Of a stretch of DNA of 64,000 nucleotides, positions 11,609-23,715 are shown one piece after another; within the stretch, counting starts at the first letter, position 1; each line of letters begins with the position of its first letter. This DNA comes from Azolla caroliniana (Eukaryota > Plantae > Polypodiophyta): assembly GCA_043228905.1 (NCBI GenBank), contig JBHGNT010000027.1, positions 248,001-312,000 on the forward strand, read 5' to 3'. Below the pieces are notes generated by a model that worked only from the letters and a program-made list of their open reading frames with translations, had not been told where the DNA came from and did no database searches. The translations under genes and the position numbers were made by a program.

Positions 11609-13174
11609 TCTGCTTTCTCTTATTCTTGTTCTGTTTCTCGTTTCGAGGTCTGTTTCTAATATCTATGGGAGTTTGTGAGAGGTCCCTCAGGTGAAAGCAG
11701 CTTACATGGGAATGAAAGGGATCCTCTTAGCGGCATCTCTAGTAAGAGATGAAGCTAGGAGGTGGGCTGTCTAGTCCCTTAGCCTTCACCGAACCCATTA
11801 TGCTCAGATGCATACAAAGGCTTATGGTTCCTGGCGAACTTAACACCCGAGGCCAAACCTCGCCTCGAATGTAGGAGCTGCTATAAGTCACTTTATATAG
11901 AGACCTTCTTTCAGGGATCAAAAGGCCCCCACGACTCAAGCAGTTGGATGGTTGGATGGGGTGTTCTAAGACCTTTTTCATAGCGTCATACTACCCATAC
12001 ACGATTCCAAATCGGAATCTTTCCCGTCGCTACCGTCTTCGGTGGGTTAGGGGAGGTGGAGATCGGGCTCGGAAAAGATCCAGAACAGGGTCTCCTCTAA
12101 TCAATCCCGAACAAGTTCTCGAAGCTGTAATCTTACGTAATGTCGTGTGATCAATTCAAGAACCGCTTCTGTTCTGCGCCGATAATCTCAGGATCGCCGC
12201 ACATTGTTTCTAGTTCGGAGAGAGACACGATCGCCTCTCCTTTCTCCAAAATCGATAGATACTGCCCCCGTAACCTCAGAGGCGAATTTTGCCATATACC
12301 CAACCCTAACCATGGGAAGGTTTCAGAACTGAGCAAACCAAGGTTCCCATCCCAAGGCGGCAGAGGTAAAACACCTGCTTGCTTGCTTGCTTGCTTGCTG
12401 GGGATGTTAGAACCAACCAGTGCCGATGAACCGGTTCATCATGAAGGCCGGCCCGGCCCGGCCCGGCCCGGCCGTTTTCACGCATGAGGAGAAAGGTAGC
12501 CTTCTACCGCCCGCCGCCGAGAGAGCACCTCACGCGAAACCCGCTCCGCAACAACAAAGTCGAGCTAATTCGCCGAAGGCCTCTCGGAACTCAGAGAATC
12601 TGCAGAACAAGGGAACGGTCTGAGAAGTCACCTTAGCACTGCTGACGAGAGAGAATGATACCGAGGAAAGGAAAGGAAAGGAAAGGAAAGGAAAGGAAAC
12701 ATTTCTCCCTTTCCAGGAGAATCGGGGGGCGGGCAGATTCCAAGCTAACGACCGAGATGAAGGAAAATAAAAATGGGAAAGGGTAGTAAGTGGGAAACAG
12801 GAGGAATGGATGATGATGGAACGGTGATGTATCAGATAAGGTGGACCAGCGCTGATAGACAACGGAGAGTAGAACCTGAACCCGACTCTATCGTTGGGTA
12901 TTCGACCCCTGAACCTTTGGCCGGGTACTCATCTAATGCATTCCGAAAAATACAGTAGGAATTGGACCTACCGAGCACCGTATAGAATCGTAAAAGGAAG
13001 ACAACTAGGTGATTCGTCGAGCCCCAACCGGCCGGATCCCCTGCCCTTGATGTTATAAGCCCACCTTCAAAGCAAAGCTGGCCCGCTGAACCCCACAACG
13101 TCAGGCTTTTCAACCAGTCAAGTTTCCATTGACCTGCATTCTGCTTGGGGAAGGGCAAGGCCCATACCTTGTTG

Positions 13175-13972
13175 TCATAAGCCCCCCCACCAATAGATAG
13201 GGACAGATGGAAATGACCGAACCACGTCCACAGAATGCCGGTACCGAGCAGCTGCTTCGAAGCCGAAGTGATGCGAAGGACTAAAATGACCTATATATTA
13301 ACAAATACCGCGTATCGTCGAGAGAATGGTCCCTGTAGTAACGTAGGACCCATAAGACCCGATGGCTAAGAGGAAAGTAAAACCATAAATACCGTCGGAA
13401 ATGATGAAGAGTGCTTCGTAATATTCCATTCCCTAAAACCCGGTGGGAACTGGAGCCAGCCGAACGATAGCTACTAAAGCGTGAACCGCTTATTATTTTA
13501 AACCTGCGAGTATGGCATGATGAGCCCAAGTCACGGCAGCTCCAGAGGAAAGGAGAATAAGGGTATTTAGAAAAGGGATTCCCCAGGGATTTAAAACCTC
13601 AACTCCTTTGGGGGGCCGAATAGCTCCGATCTCTACCGCGAGTGCCAAAGATAAATAAAAGAAAGCCCAAAAAAAGGCTAGAAGAGACATAACCTCCGAG
13701 ACGATAAACAAGAGAAAACCGTAGCGAAGCCCTAATTATACCACTTTGGTATGACGTCCTTCGTAAGTAAATTCACATGTAACATCGCGCCGCCATACAA
13801 ACATGGTGTATAAGATCAAGCTTAGGCCTAAAGTGAGGAGTGTTCCGTCTCCCGCGAATGAATGCATATACATAACAGCACCGATGGTGCTTGCTAAGGC
13901 TCCGAGTAACCCCAGGAGAGACCATGGACTTGAATCCACCGGATGATAGGGATGCTCTTAGGAGACACTCGT
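13175..13972 (-). CDS. cox3: cytochrome c oxidase subunit 3
   Basis: 798 nt; ACG start MSVS(Q)EHPYH; [21 protein letters not shown]; ends IYWWGGL*. Confidence 0.95.
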
Positions 13973-14929
13973 GTTATTTATTTAATGAATTCACACGAAA
14001 CGGTTTGTACATGAAAGAGTCTTGGCTACTATAATCAATGTAAGGGAGATGAATCCTATTGCAAATACAATCGGAATGAAGAAATCCTAAAATCCAATAA
14101 TCAGTTCCACAACCGAAGAGACTTCTAGATCTTTCAGGATTTCTAGGCCACCCGAAAGATCGGGTAGTGTATTCTACGACAGATTGAGGAGCACCTGCGG
14201 GAACAACTCTTCGTTGTTATTTTAAAGAGTTGCGATGTCCTCGTGCAATTCGGTCTATAATCTTTCTAAGCTGTTTATGACTATGGGCATGTCTTATCCA
14301 ATCTGTTTCTTTTCCTCGGTGCTTTATACCTAGGGCAGTCTCCTGCATTCATGGCAGTTCCTATGGTTGCAAAAACAACAAGGAGTCGGTTCCCGTATAT
14401 ACCCGGCTTTTCTTGTATGCTTTCGGCAAGCAAAAAAAACGCTAGCGGGCCTACCACGCTTCGCGCCTGCGTCTTTGCCAGACAGTATTTGCCAGTAGTG
14501 CCATCCCACCCGACCTGAGGATTTAGTTTGTCCCTTGCTAAAATATCTTTGAAGAACTTGTACTGATTTTCCAGGTCGGTCCTCGCGAGCGGATATGGGC
14601 CCTAGAGGATGGTGTAGAAACTCTCTGCCCGTAAGTCGTGCCTGAAAGCGGTTCATCCGGGTGAAGCCGGCGGCGAGGAATTGACTGGTGCTGCGTTCAC
14701 TGCTTGCTCGAAGGCCCGTATCCGCGCAGGCAGTAAGCAACAGATTGGTTCGTAACAAAAACAGCTTAGAAAAGAAAAAGAATAAAGTTATTTCCTATTA
14801 AACTAGTGATTGTAAAGAAAAAAATCCTTCACAACGCCAAGGTATTTTAGCAAGACACTACATAAGACTTTCGCCCTGGATGATATATGGGTTCTCATGA
14901 GAAAGAATGGTCGGTTTCCTTTTAATGAA

Positions 14930-15056
14930 GTAAAATCCACACCTTGACGCCCGGAATCCCGTAACGAGTGAATGTTTATTAGGAACCGAACTGATGGGCT
15001 TTCCCTAAAGTAACACCAAAAGTCTACCTCCTTTCGTGCGTCCTTCGCCTCCTCCT
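14930..15056 (-). pseudogene. adjacent fragments of rpl2 3' ([11 protein letters not shown]) and rps3 3' ([13 protein letters not shown]); mirror at 49764-49890
   Basis: Near-identical to ~33893-33952 and ~29998-30036. Confidence 0.8.
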
Positions 15057-16314
15057 AAATAAATTCACTTTCTCTAAAGTAGCCCAATGGATTGTTAACA
15101 AGTTCTACGATATACTTATCTTCAAGCCAACCAAGTACTTTAGCACCTTATTGCATACATGTTCGAACTCAACTCCAGGTCGCGTATAATCACTCTCATT
15201 GCAATCAACCATGGCTACTCCAATATTAATTAATTTTGGCTTTCTTTCTATAAACTTTCGTTCCAGCCAGGGAAACGGTGAAGGATAGTGATTTACGGCA
15301 TGACTGTACAGTTTAGCCGTCACCACTTGTAATTTGAGTCGATAGCCAAACACGGATTATGCCCTCTACGCAGACAGAGAACCGCCCAACCTAGCTGCGC
15401 AAATTGCTTGCTTGCTTGCTTGCTTGCTTGCCCCCTTCTTGCGGATGCGGAAGAACTTGCTTGCTGCTAAGTTTTATTAGCGCAGGTGAAGGCCTTTCCG
15501 CTGTCTGTGAGGCGGATAACGGGCAATCTCACTCATTGCGCTGTTTTATTGACTTCGCCACGGCACCACTTTTTTGGCGGATAAACGGCCTTCATGCTGC
15601 CGTTAGTCGAGGCGGCCCGATGAACCAGTGCAGCAGAAAAGAATTTCGGTTATAGAATGGCCGGTCTCTTTCACTTGCTTCTGATCAAAGGCCGGCAGAG
15701 AAGTAGCCGTACAGATAGCATAGGCTGCGGCCTATTCTTGCAGAGAAAACAACTTCGAGAATGATAACCCGTAGGTACCGGTGGGTTCGATCAGTCCCTG
15801 GAGTTCGCTAGGTGATATCTATACGGCAAGGAGGATATGAAGCTATCCCTACGGAATCCAATCCCTGTGGTCCTAGATCGGTCCCGAAGCACTAGTCCGG
15901 TACCTGCTGCAATCAGTCCCTATGGTACTTGCTGCAACCAGTCCCGAACCCAAAGGTTTGCTACGCTGCCGCTGTAGGCATAGTTGGTACCGATGTTCAC
16001 TGAGATTGGGAATCCCCGCTTCGTGCTGATCGTATCGTATTCTCTTCGCTTATTGCAGCTGTGGTAATCGAGGCTTTGCTTTGTATTCTCGAAGTACGAA
16101 CGCTAGCTGATCGCTTCGTATCCTTTCAACCGTTGAGGAGCTGCAACTGCTTGGCGTTGTCTATGGCCATGATTGTATCGCGGTTGGTTCGGGCGGGAAT
16201 CAATCAAATCGCCACTTTTCACGCGCCCGCCGGTTCATCCCGGAGGAACCGCACAGGAGTAATTCAGACTGTTTCTCTAGTCAATTTCGCGTGACCGTAA
16301 GACGCAATTCTGCA

Positions 16315-16386
16315 AGCGGAAAAAGGGACTCGAACCCTCAACTCCAGCCTTGGCAAGGCTATACTCTACCATTAAGCTATTTCCGC
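16315..16386 (-). tRNA. trnG: tRNA-Gly(GCC)
   Basis: GCGGAAA...TTTCCGC cloverleaf, anticodon loop TTGCCAA. Confidence 0.95.
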
Positions 16387-17129
16387 CAGCGGAACCAGAG
16401 CCGAGTGCGGTTCTTCCCCCGTAGAGAAAGCGCTATAGCTTTCGGGGGAAGAACCGCAATGAAGACTTCATTGCGGTTCCCTTGGAACTATTGACTTGAG
16501 ACTTCGATGACTCATCGATAGGTCCATGCCCGGAGAGATTCGAACTATCCCGGATTCGAAGTTTGGTGCTCGAGCTACAGGCACAAGTTGACCTTACAGA
16601 CCGAACAGAGGCTAGTAAAATCTAACGCTTAGCTTAGAAGGTCGTAAGATCAGACCAGACTTCGCCCGGAAAACGAACGTAAAGCATTGAAAGAGCGTTG
16701 CTTAGTGGCTGGCTTTGGCCGCCTTTACGACCCAAAGACGAATCTCCGGGTCCCAGCTTATTATCCTGCAATGTTACGGATTGACTGTTACTGGTGCTAG
16801 GTAAGGAGTTTCAGTTTTGGGCGTCACTTTCGAAATATCTCGAGTAATGGGTTCATGTGAGTGCATGAACAATCCAACTACTCTACTAGGCTGCTTCCCG
16901 CCCTGTTTCGCAGCTTGCTCCCCTTCGGCGGCACGGCACGGCACGGCACGGCACGGCACGGCACGGCACGCACGCACCTGTCTTCCCGCATTCCGTCCGC
17001 TGAGCGCAAAGCGTCGACAAAGAAAGCAGCTACCTTTTCATTATTATACTGTAATCCCAGCGCAAACAAAAAAACTGCCATGAATATCGAGAACGGAACA
17101 AGAAGCCACAACGAAATCAAGTCAAGTCT

Positions 17130-17364
17130 ACGGAAGCTTAATCCGTTTGTTCTTCGTAAACAATTGGATACAAAGTCAGTACTAACCCATAAGGCTCTGT
17201 TTCAGATTCAAAACTAGGGTTCAGCTATGAGATTTGACTCTAGGTCACGCCTTCGGTTTGTGTTTTCCGCTTGAAACATAATATCACTCGTTGTACCGGA
17301 ACGGATCCCTGAAAAGTTACTTAATCCGCTGTTAGCGTCAAAAATTGTAAACCCCCTGAAGTTC
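17130..17364 (+). pseudogene. rpl6: 3'-truncated rpl6 copy at the IR boundary
   Basis: Identical to the rpl6 5' part up to CKPPEV, then unrelated sequence. Confidence 0.85.
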
Positions 17365-17596
17365 TGCTTAACTCTGTTTGTTTGTGAAATCAACAATTGC
17401 GGCTTACATCCGACACGGGTCCCGCCCATTCTCCCATCTGGCACCCTCTCATAATGTATCACTCTTGGCATGCCCACGGCCGGGTAGGCGCGAATTCTTC
17501 CAGTCTATGCCGCCGCCCTATCATATAGTCTGTTACATATATATAGGTGAATGCTCGCGGGAAACAGCGGCGTTCTCTGCCCAAGCACTATGAACA

Positions 17597-17622
17597 AACT
17601 GCCATGAGTACCGAGGACGGAA
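17597..17622 (+). promoter_or_regulatory. conserved 5' leader motif upstream of rps4
   Basis: AACTGCCATGAGTACCGAGGACGGAA, 47 nt before the ATG. Confidence 0.55.
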
Positions 17623-17643
17623 AGGTAATGGACAGAAACAGAT

Positions 17644-18558
17644 ATGTTGGCATCAGGATCCAAAATTCGTCGTTAGATGAGAGAAAACGTTTGGCATAAA
17701 AAACTCAATCCGAGAAAGAGAGCCCTTATTCGGGAGTGGGGATTTCCCTTTATTTGAAAAGAGAGGCTTTTGACAAAATCGTGGAAAAGAGGGAAATCTG
17801 GGAATCTGGCCGACCTAATTCTGGGGTTCTCCTCTTCCCGAAAGGAGCTCCGGAAAAGACCATTCGAAAGATGAAAATCTGAAGATTTCTCTGAAAAATC
17901 ACATGCTTCGTGAAAGTCGTCCCTCTCTTACGGATTACCCATGAAAGGAAAGATATAGAGGCTCGAACCGTTACTAAAAACTATTAAAGAGAAACACATC
18001 AATCTTTTACCCTTTCTAGAAAAAAGATTGGACGTTATTCCGGTTTGCATTCCCTTTCGCGAACATATTCTCTAAGCCAGATAGCCAATAAATCATAAAC
18101 ATATTTATGCCAATCCCAAAGTAGTCAATATTCTCGGTTCCACGGTACCCTGCGGTGATCTTACACCCATTAAAGAAGCTTCTTGAGATCTTACCAAACT
18201 AAACATAGTGTAATGCAGAGGAAAAAAAGAATGAATTAGAAAATCGATAGAATAACTGAAATAAAGAAAATGATCTCTTTCAAGGCCTCTCTCCTATCTC
18301 TTCATTCATAAAGATTCTTCCTATTATCCTTCCAGTCACAAAGGTTATTGGATACCTGAGAAGTATCCTCTTTTCTGAAAAAAAACTTCTCTTTTTTCTT
18401 TTCATTGTCTAGACTATTACTACCCACATTATCTGGAGGTTGAGTATGAAAAACCTAATGTTGTGGTATTCCCCGAACCTCACCATAATTATCTGAAACT
18501 TTCCTATAAGAATAAAATAGAGAAACACTGTCTTCCCCAAAACAGGAAAACAAAGTAG
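17644..18558 (+). CDS. rps4: ribosomal protein S4
   Basis: MLASGSKIRR(Q)MRENVW; LEKRLDVI; (Q)AR(Q)PINHK; HYLEVEY. One frame throughout if stops are edited; stop position approximate. Confidence 0.85.
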
Positions 18559-18683
18559 CTCGAATAGATCTTGTAAATCATTCATTGGCGGAGCAATTTA
18601 ATTGCTAACTCCTATTGTTCCCTCTCAATACATATGTGATCAGTACTGTGTATGTGATATTTCAATTCACACACAATAGATTA

Positions 18684-18736
18684 TTTGCCTCGCCGGCAAG
18701 GCGGCTATTCGCCTCAAACGCCGCCGGCGAGGCAAA
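18684..18736 (+). terminator. GC-rich stem-loop downstream of rps4 (possible 3'-end signal)
   Basis: TTTGCCTCGCCGGC...GCCGGCGAGGCAAA forms a 14-bp stem; function inferred. Confidence 0.35.
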
Positions 18737-20265
18737 CGCCGCTTTCTTTGCGCCTGCCGTGAAATGGGCGTTCAGAAAGAAATTAGTCTAGGTCACTCAG
18801 AGCTGGAATCGGTCAAGTGCCCTTCCCCTGCAGTTCCAAACGTCAAGTTCCATGCCAAGGGTAGACCAATATGTTAGGGAATGCAAGAGAGAGATAAGCA
18901 ATCTTGAGAAGAACTTATTGAAAGAAATGAAAGGGTTGTCCTATCAATCACAAATTGAATCAATTCGTGAGAAGTGGGACACTATAAAGGAAGAAGGTGC
19001 GGTGGTGGATTCTGCCTACTCAAATAATGTCAATGTTGGGCGGAGTGAGACTGATGAGGACCTACCCAATGATCAGTGCGTGAGAAAAGGAATAGAGCGC
19101 AAAGAGAAGGGTAAAGGGACCGAATAACCACGCCTAGATACTGAGACCATAGCGCCACCTGACTGAGAGGGGGAACCCCTATAGAAAGAGAAGCCCTGGA
19201 GGGCCGGCCGGCCGGCCTGAGAGCCGCCGTTCGGGTCCGGGATGGCCAACTGACTGAAGAGAGCATCCTCATTCTCCGCCGCTAGCAACCTTGGGCCGGT
19301 TCGTTAGGCCTAGCAAAGAGTTTTTCATCACCATACCATTTTTCACGAGAAATGAGAAGAGAGGAGCCCGCAAGTGATATGAAGACGACCAGCCGCCCGC
19401 GCTACATGATTCTAAGACTGATGGGCAAGGACACATGGAGAGGCTGGAAACGGCGGAAAACCACCTTATCATTCAGCAATGTGCATTGAAGAATACGTCC
19501 GGGAATATACAGAAAGCAAATGGATCAACAGGAAAAATGAAAAAAGAGGTCGACGCAACAACTTCTTTATTGCTGCAGCAGAAAGATGCTTTGCTGCATT
19601 GGGCTCATAAAACAAAGCACGAAAGCCACCCATTCCCCTTTGGTTTCCGGTGGGAGAGATAGGAGGCGGCACCCAACAGATAGAAGGGCCAAGGCCTAGC
19701 TCTGTGCTTGGCTTTTTAACAGGATGGCGGAAAGGAAGGAAGTTATTGGATTTGAGGAGGAAAAGTAGAGCCGGGAGCCAAGGATTTGTGATAGTAAATA
19801 TCGCAGCACGCCCAACGAATCTTAGCAGGGTCCCTCGGTTCCGCGATGCTCTAGATGTTAAGAAGATAAGTTCCTCGAGTTTGGGAGTAAAGTCTCTTCC
19901 GGGGCTGGTGTTAGATTTCATTCTTTTGCTCTTCGGAGAAGTCCTTCATTTAAGTAAGCTTGCCCTCTAACTCATTTCCTAGTGGAATCGCGCGCGGAGA
20001 ATCTCGAGTTGACCCGGGCCGCCTATCCAGTCGTTAGGCTGAGCTTCCTTTATATAGTAAATTCTCTTTTTTTTATCGCACTCTGTATACTAAACTCGGG
20101 TAATACGTAGTTGAGTTCTGTCACCAATTATGCCAGCAGGGGCGCCGGGCAGAGGTAGTGGCTGGTACAAGGGCCAAGCCATTGAAGTATACCTGGATCC
20201 CAAAGAGAAGCAATCCGATATTAGGAGTCGGAGCAATTCGAGGTGTTCCCTCGACCTCTCGGTTT

Positions 20266-20362
20266 GAGAATTCCCTTTGATTCTTGTCTTTCATTCGGTA
20301 AGCCAGATGCTTTGTGGACTGTAGAAGTAGTCCGGTGCGTTTCGTTGCACTTCCACCACCTG
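20266..20362 (-). pseudogene. orphan diverged copy of the cox2i373 5' (domain I) region
   Basis: Aligns by eye with ~23158-23253, with scattered substitutions; no exon or domain V nearby. Confidence 0.75.
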
Positions 20363-21890
20363 TTAGATTAGAAGAGGTCAACGCCCGTACCTGTCAGGTA
20401 CAGACTCTGAGTCGCTTATCTTATGACTGGTGTAGCAGGAAGTCGTGAAGCAACCGCCCGCCGTCTAGGCTGACCTAGACACCATGAAACAGTCCTCATA
20501 GTTTTGTCATTAAAGTTAGCTATACACACTGTTAGGTCCAGCTCAGGGGCTGACCGAGCTAGCACTGGACGCTCCCTAACCACCCTGAGGATAGAACTGT
20601 ACCTGGCCTGTGTAGGGTAAGGATATGGCCTGGTTAGACTGAGCGGCAGCTATCAAGGTGAGGGTCTGTCCCTCTAGACAAAGGGCACTAAGGAGAAGAA
20701 GGTTGACAGTTGCTCAGACAGAGTATCAGTGATGCCTTTCACATTGAGCCTCTTCCTTTGGCCTACCAAACCTATAGCGACACTGTCCACGTAGTGGCGC
20801 CGGGCTAGGCCTAATAAGTGAGCCAGAGGATATGGACAAGCAGGCCACCTTAACCGACTCTACGATGTGTAGTGTAGGCCCATTAGCCTCCCCGTCAAAG
20901 GTAATGTTAAGTAGGTCAGACAACGGCTTAAGGTCTCTCTGACCCAGTCGTCGTCTAAAGTAAAGGAGACACCTATACGGACGGTGCAGCAGTCATCTCC
21001 TGTGGGTACAAGCTCACTTAGAGCGCAGCAAACAAAGTCCGTACAATAGCTGAAGTGTTAGCACCGCAACACCGTTAGCTATCTTTCTGGCCTTCCCAGC
21101 CTCTTGGAAGTAAGCCGTATACGAACAGCACAGTACTCCTGCCGAAAGCAGGATTGGTTCACATAGCTCCCAGCGCTCACTGGACAGCCACCAATCCCAT
21201 CATGAAACCCCTTTTCGCCGGCTTCATCCGGCCCATTCTGTCCACTATAAACAATACAACACCACATAAACAATGCATTTTGTCCACGTCCACTATGACA
21301 AGAAGGCTATATATAATGAGAGAAACAACAATACCAATAAATAAGTCTTCTTAATCCAAATAAAGTTATCTTTCTATGAGAAAATCTAACACTAGGCCTA
21401 GTGTTGTAAGTTGATAACGCATATTAAATTAAGCAGTTTCATTGTGCATTTCAACTTTTTTTTGAAAAATAGCATGAACTGCTTTATACAACCCGTCGCA
21501 CAGACACTAGTTTATAGGGTGAGATGGGGGATTCATTAAGCCCCCATCCCGAAGTGCCTACTTGGGCCAGCATGCACCTATTCTTTCTTTCTTTATCAAT
21601 GAGATACAAAGGAAATTAATCCACCGGAGTCACACATACGTAATCGGGATTGCGATAAAGTTGCTTGCACATTCGGTCGGGACCGTGGTCCAAGCTTGCT
21701 TGTCGAGACGTACTTCGGTTTCTCGATCGAATGAAACTCTTGGAATTGCGCTTCATAACCTTTGGCGGCATAGAGGTTGATTTTTCCCGCAACAGATAAT
21801 GGTGGTTTGGTTTCTCTTTCAAAAAAAGAGAGACCTCTAATCTAATCTAGAAGGAGACGACACCAGCATTATTGATGATTGCATTACTGT

Positions 21891-22816
21891 TTACTGACCG
21901 GATACCCACTCCAGATAATCATTCTTAGAAACAACTTCCACGACAGTAAGCGTAAACGCATAATTAGTTCCACAGATCTCGCTGCGCTAACCATGGTAAA
22001 CTCCCTCTCATTATGTAAAAATGGAAGTCTGATTCGAACAACCGGGTACAGCATCACATTTAGCACCTGGGAAAGGTACAGCCCGACTATAAAGTACATC
22101 AGCCAAAGTTATAATCATACATAAATAAGTCTTGGCTAGTACAACTACTCAATTGTCCACTTCTGGTAGACGTGATTAACCTAATTCCAGATCATCCTCC
22201 GAAATCATATAACTGTCAAAAGTTAATGACTATTCATCGGAACTGTTATAGTCTGAATACTCATAAGGTTGGGTCGGCGGCCAGCCCTTCTTTAGGTTCA
22301 TTCGCCTCCCTCCAAACTGTACTTGCAAGTTTCCCTGCAGACAGCTCTCCACGCCTATTAACACTTGAAGAGTATACTGTTGCTAGGTCCGTCCTTCTCG
22401 AGCGAGTCTTTCAGGCAGGGATAGACCGTCTCTGGCGGATCGAACGATGATATTCCTGGCAAGCTAGGAGTCTGTTTCCCGTTCAATCAAGCCATGATCC
22501 TAGTCTTTTTCGTTCGACAGGGTGACTTTCCAAACAAGGAGACTAATATGTCTTACCTGAAATAATACTTACATTTTCATTTACGGTCAATTCTCTGTGA
22601 TCTTTGAGTTTCCACTGAATTTCGCAACGTTCCTTACTGCGAGCAGTTGAGACCCGACCCAAAAAAAGGGGGGTGGAGTATAAGCGCTGGTCCCCTTCGG
22701 TAAAGTGCTTGTGCTCGCTGTTACCTACTGTGGGACCTCCGTACCCGAGGAAGGCAGAGCAGGAACAGTCAACCTTCGGCCTCGCTCCTCCTCTGGTAGT
22801 TTTGTAACCACTGTGG

Positions 22817-22853
<37 letters not shown>

Positions 22854-23675
22854 GCCAACACGTCGGGAATCCCCCATTCCAGAGATGACGGGGTCAGGCC
22901 CGTTAGGTCCGAAGTTGTATGCCACTAGCTGTAGTGCCGATAGACTTATTACTTCAGCGCCGTCATTGAACATCGCAAGCTGAGCATCCATTTCCTGTAC
23001 ATTGCCTATACTGGAAGCGGGAATGCGTACCTCCAACGACTCCGAGAATGGAACCATAGGCTTCTCATTGGCTAGGGGAGCCTTCTCAATGCATAGGTAG
23101 CACCTCAACTTCCCGTTTCTGGCACGCTCTAGTCTCTTGAGTCTCCCGACGTCAGACGAGAATTTCCCTTGATTCTCGTCTCTCATTTGGTAAGCCAGAT
23201 ACTTTGTGGACTGTAGAGGTAGTCCGGTGCGTTTTGTTGCACTTCCATCACCTTCGTCAAAGGGCGCACTCCGATACCGTTAATGTCCAATAGCTTTGAT
23301 GATAATGGCTAGATCTACCACCTAGTCCATCAAATATAATAAAGCGAAAGATAGTATAACAATAAACATCAGAACGAAACTGAGAGGAATGGTCCAAATA
23401 ATCTCTGTAGTAGTTCCGTGAACCATTCTTTCAGGAATGGGGTTTCTTCGATAATGGAAATGCCATAAAGTGCGGACCAACATCCATAGTACGAAGATCA
23501 GAATAATGATTAAGAGGACCGGAATATCGTGATGTGAGTCAATTATTCCTTACATCATAGGTATGGCTGCGTCCTAAAATCCCAATTACCAAGGTTCTGC
23601 GGCGTCACGAGGAGCAATTGGGACGAATAGCTACCAAAAAAGGGTTCTCGAAATCACTAAGAGGCGTGTGCCCAT
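21891..23675 (-). CDS. cox2: cytochrome c oxidase subunit 2; exons 23675-23270, 22267-21891
   Basis: DAAEPW(Q)LGF(Q)DAA; YEYSDY; KCDAVPG; SEICGTN CuA motif; no i691 intron. Confidence 0.93.
22268..23269 (-). other. group II intron cox2i373
   Basis: GTGCG start; domain V GAGCTGTCTGCAGGGAAACTTGCAAGTACAGTTT; ends CCCAAC. Confidence 0.93.
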
Positions 23676-23715
23676 TACGAAAGAATCATGCTCAAATATT
23701 CCTTTCAACGACTTC

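Larger units (their letters stand above)
8984..17364 (+). repeat. 8.4-kb inverted repeat, arm A
   Basis: Reverse complement of 47456-55836 (paired coordinates sum to 64820); ORFs are mirrored. Confidence 0.97.

Noticed and set aside
11620-13160. Possible mitovirus RdRp relic between rps1 and cox3
   Set aside because: I could not find GDD or other RdRp motifs in the frames I read.
15760-16250. Possible LTR-retrotransposon LTR (TGATAACCC... start, short internal repeats)
   Set aside because: No PBS/PPT or gag-pol motif, and the second copy is only the IR mirror; unsupported without a search.
18800-19970. Charged or coiled-coil-like ORF fragments, possibly nuclear TE-derived
   Set aside because: No diagnostic domain visible; left unannotated.
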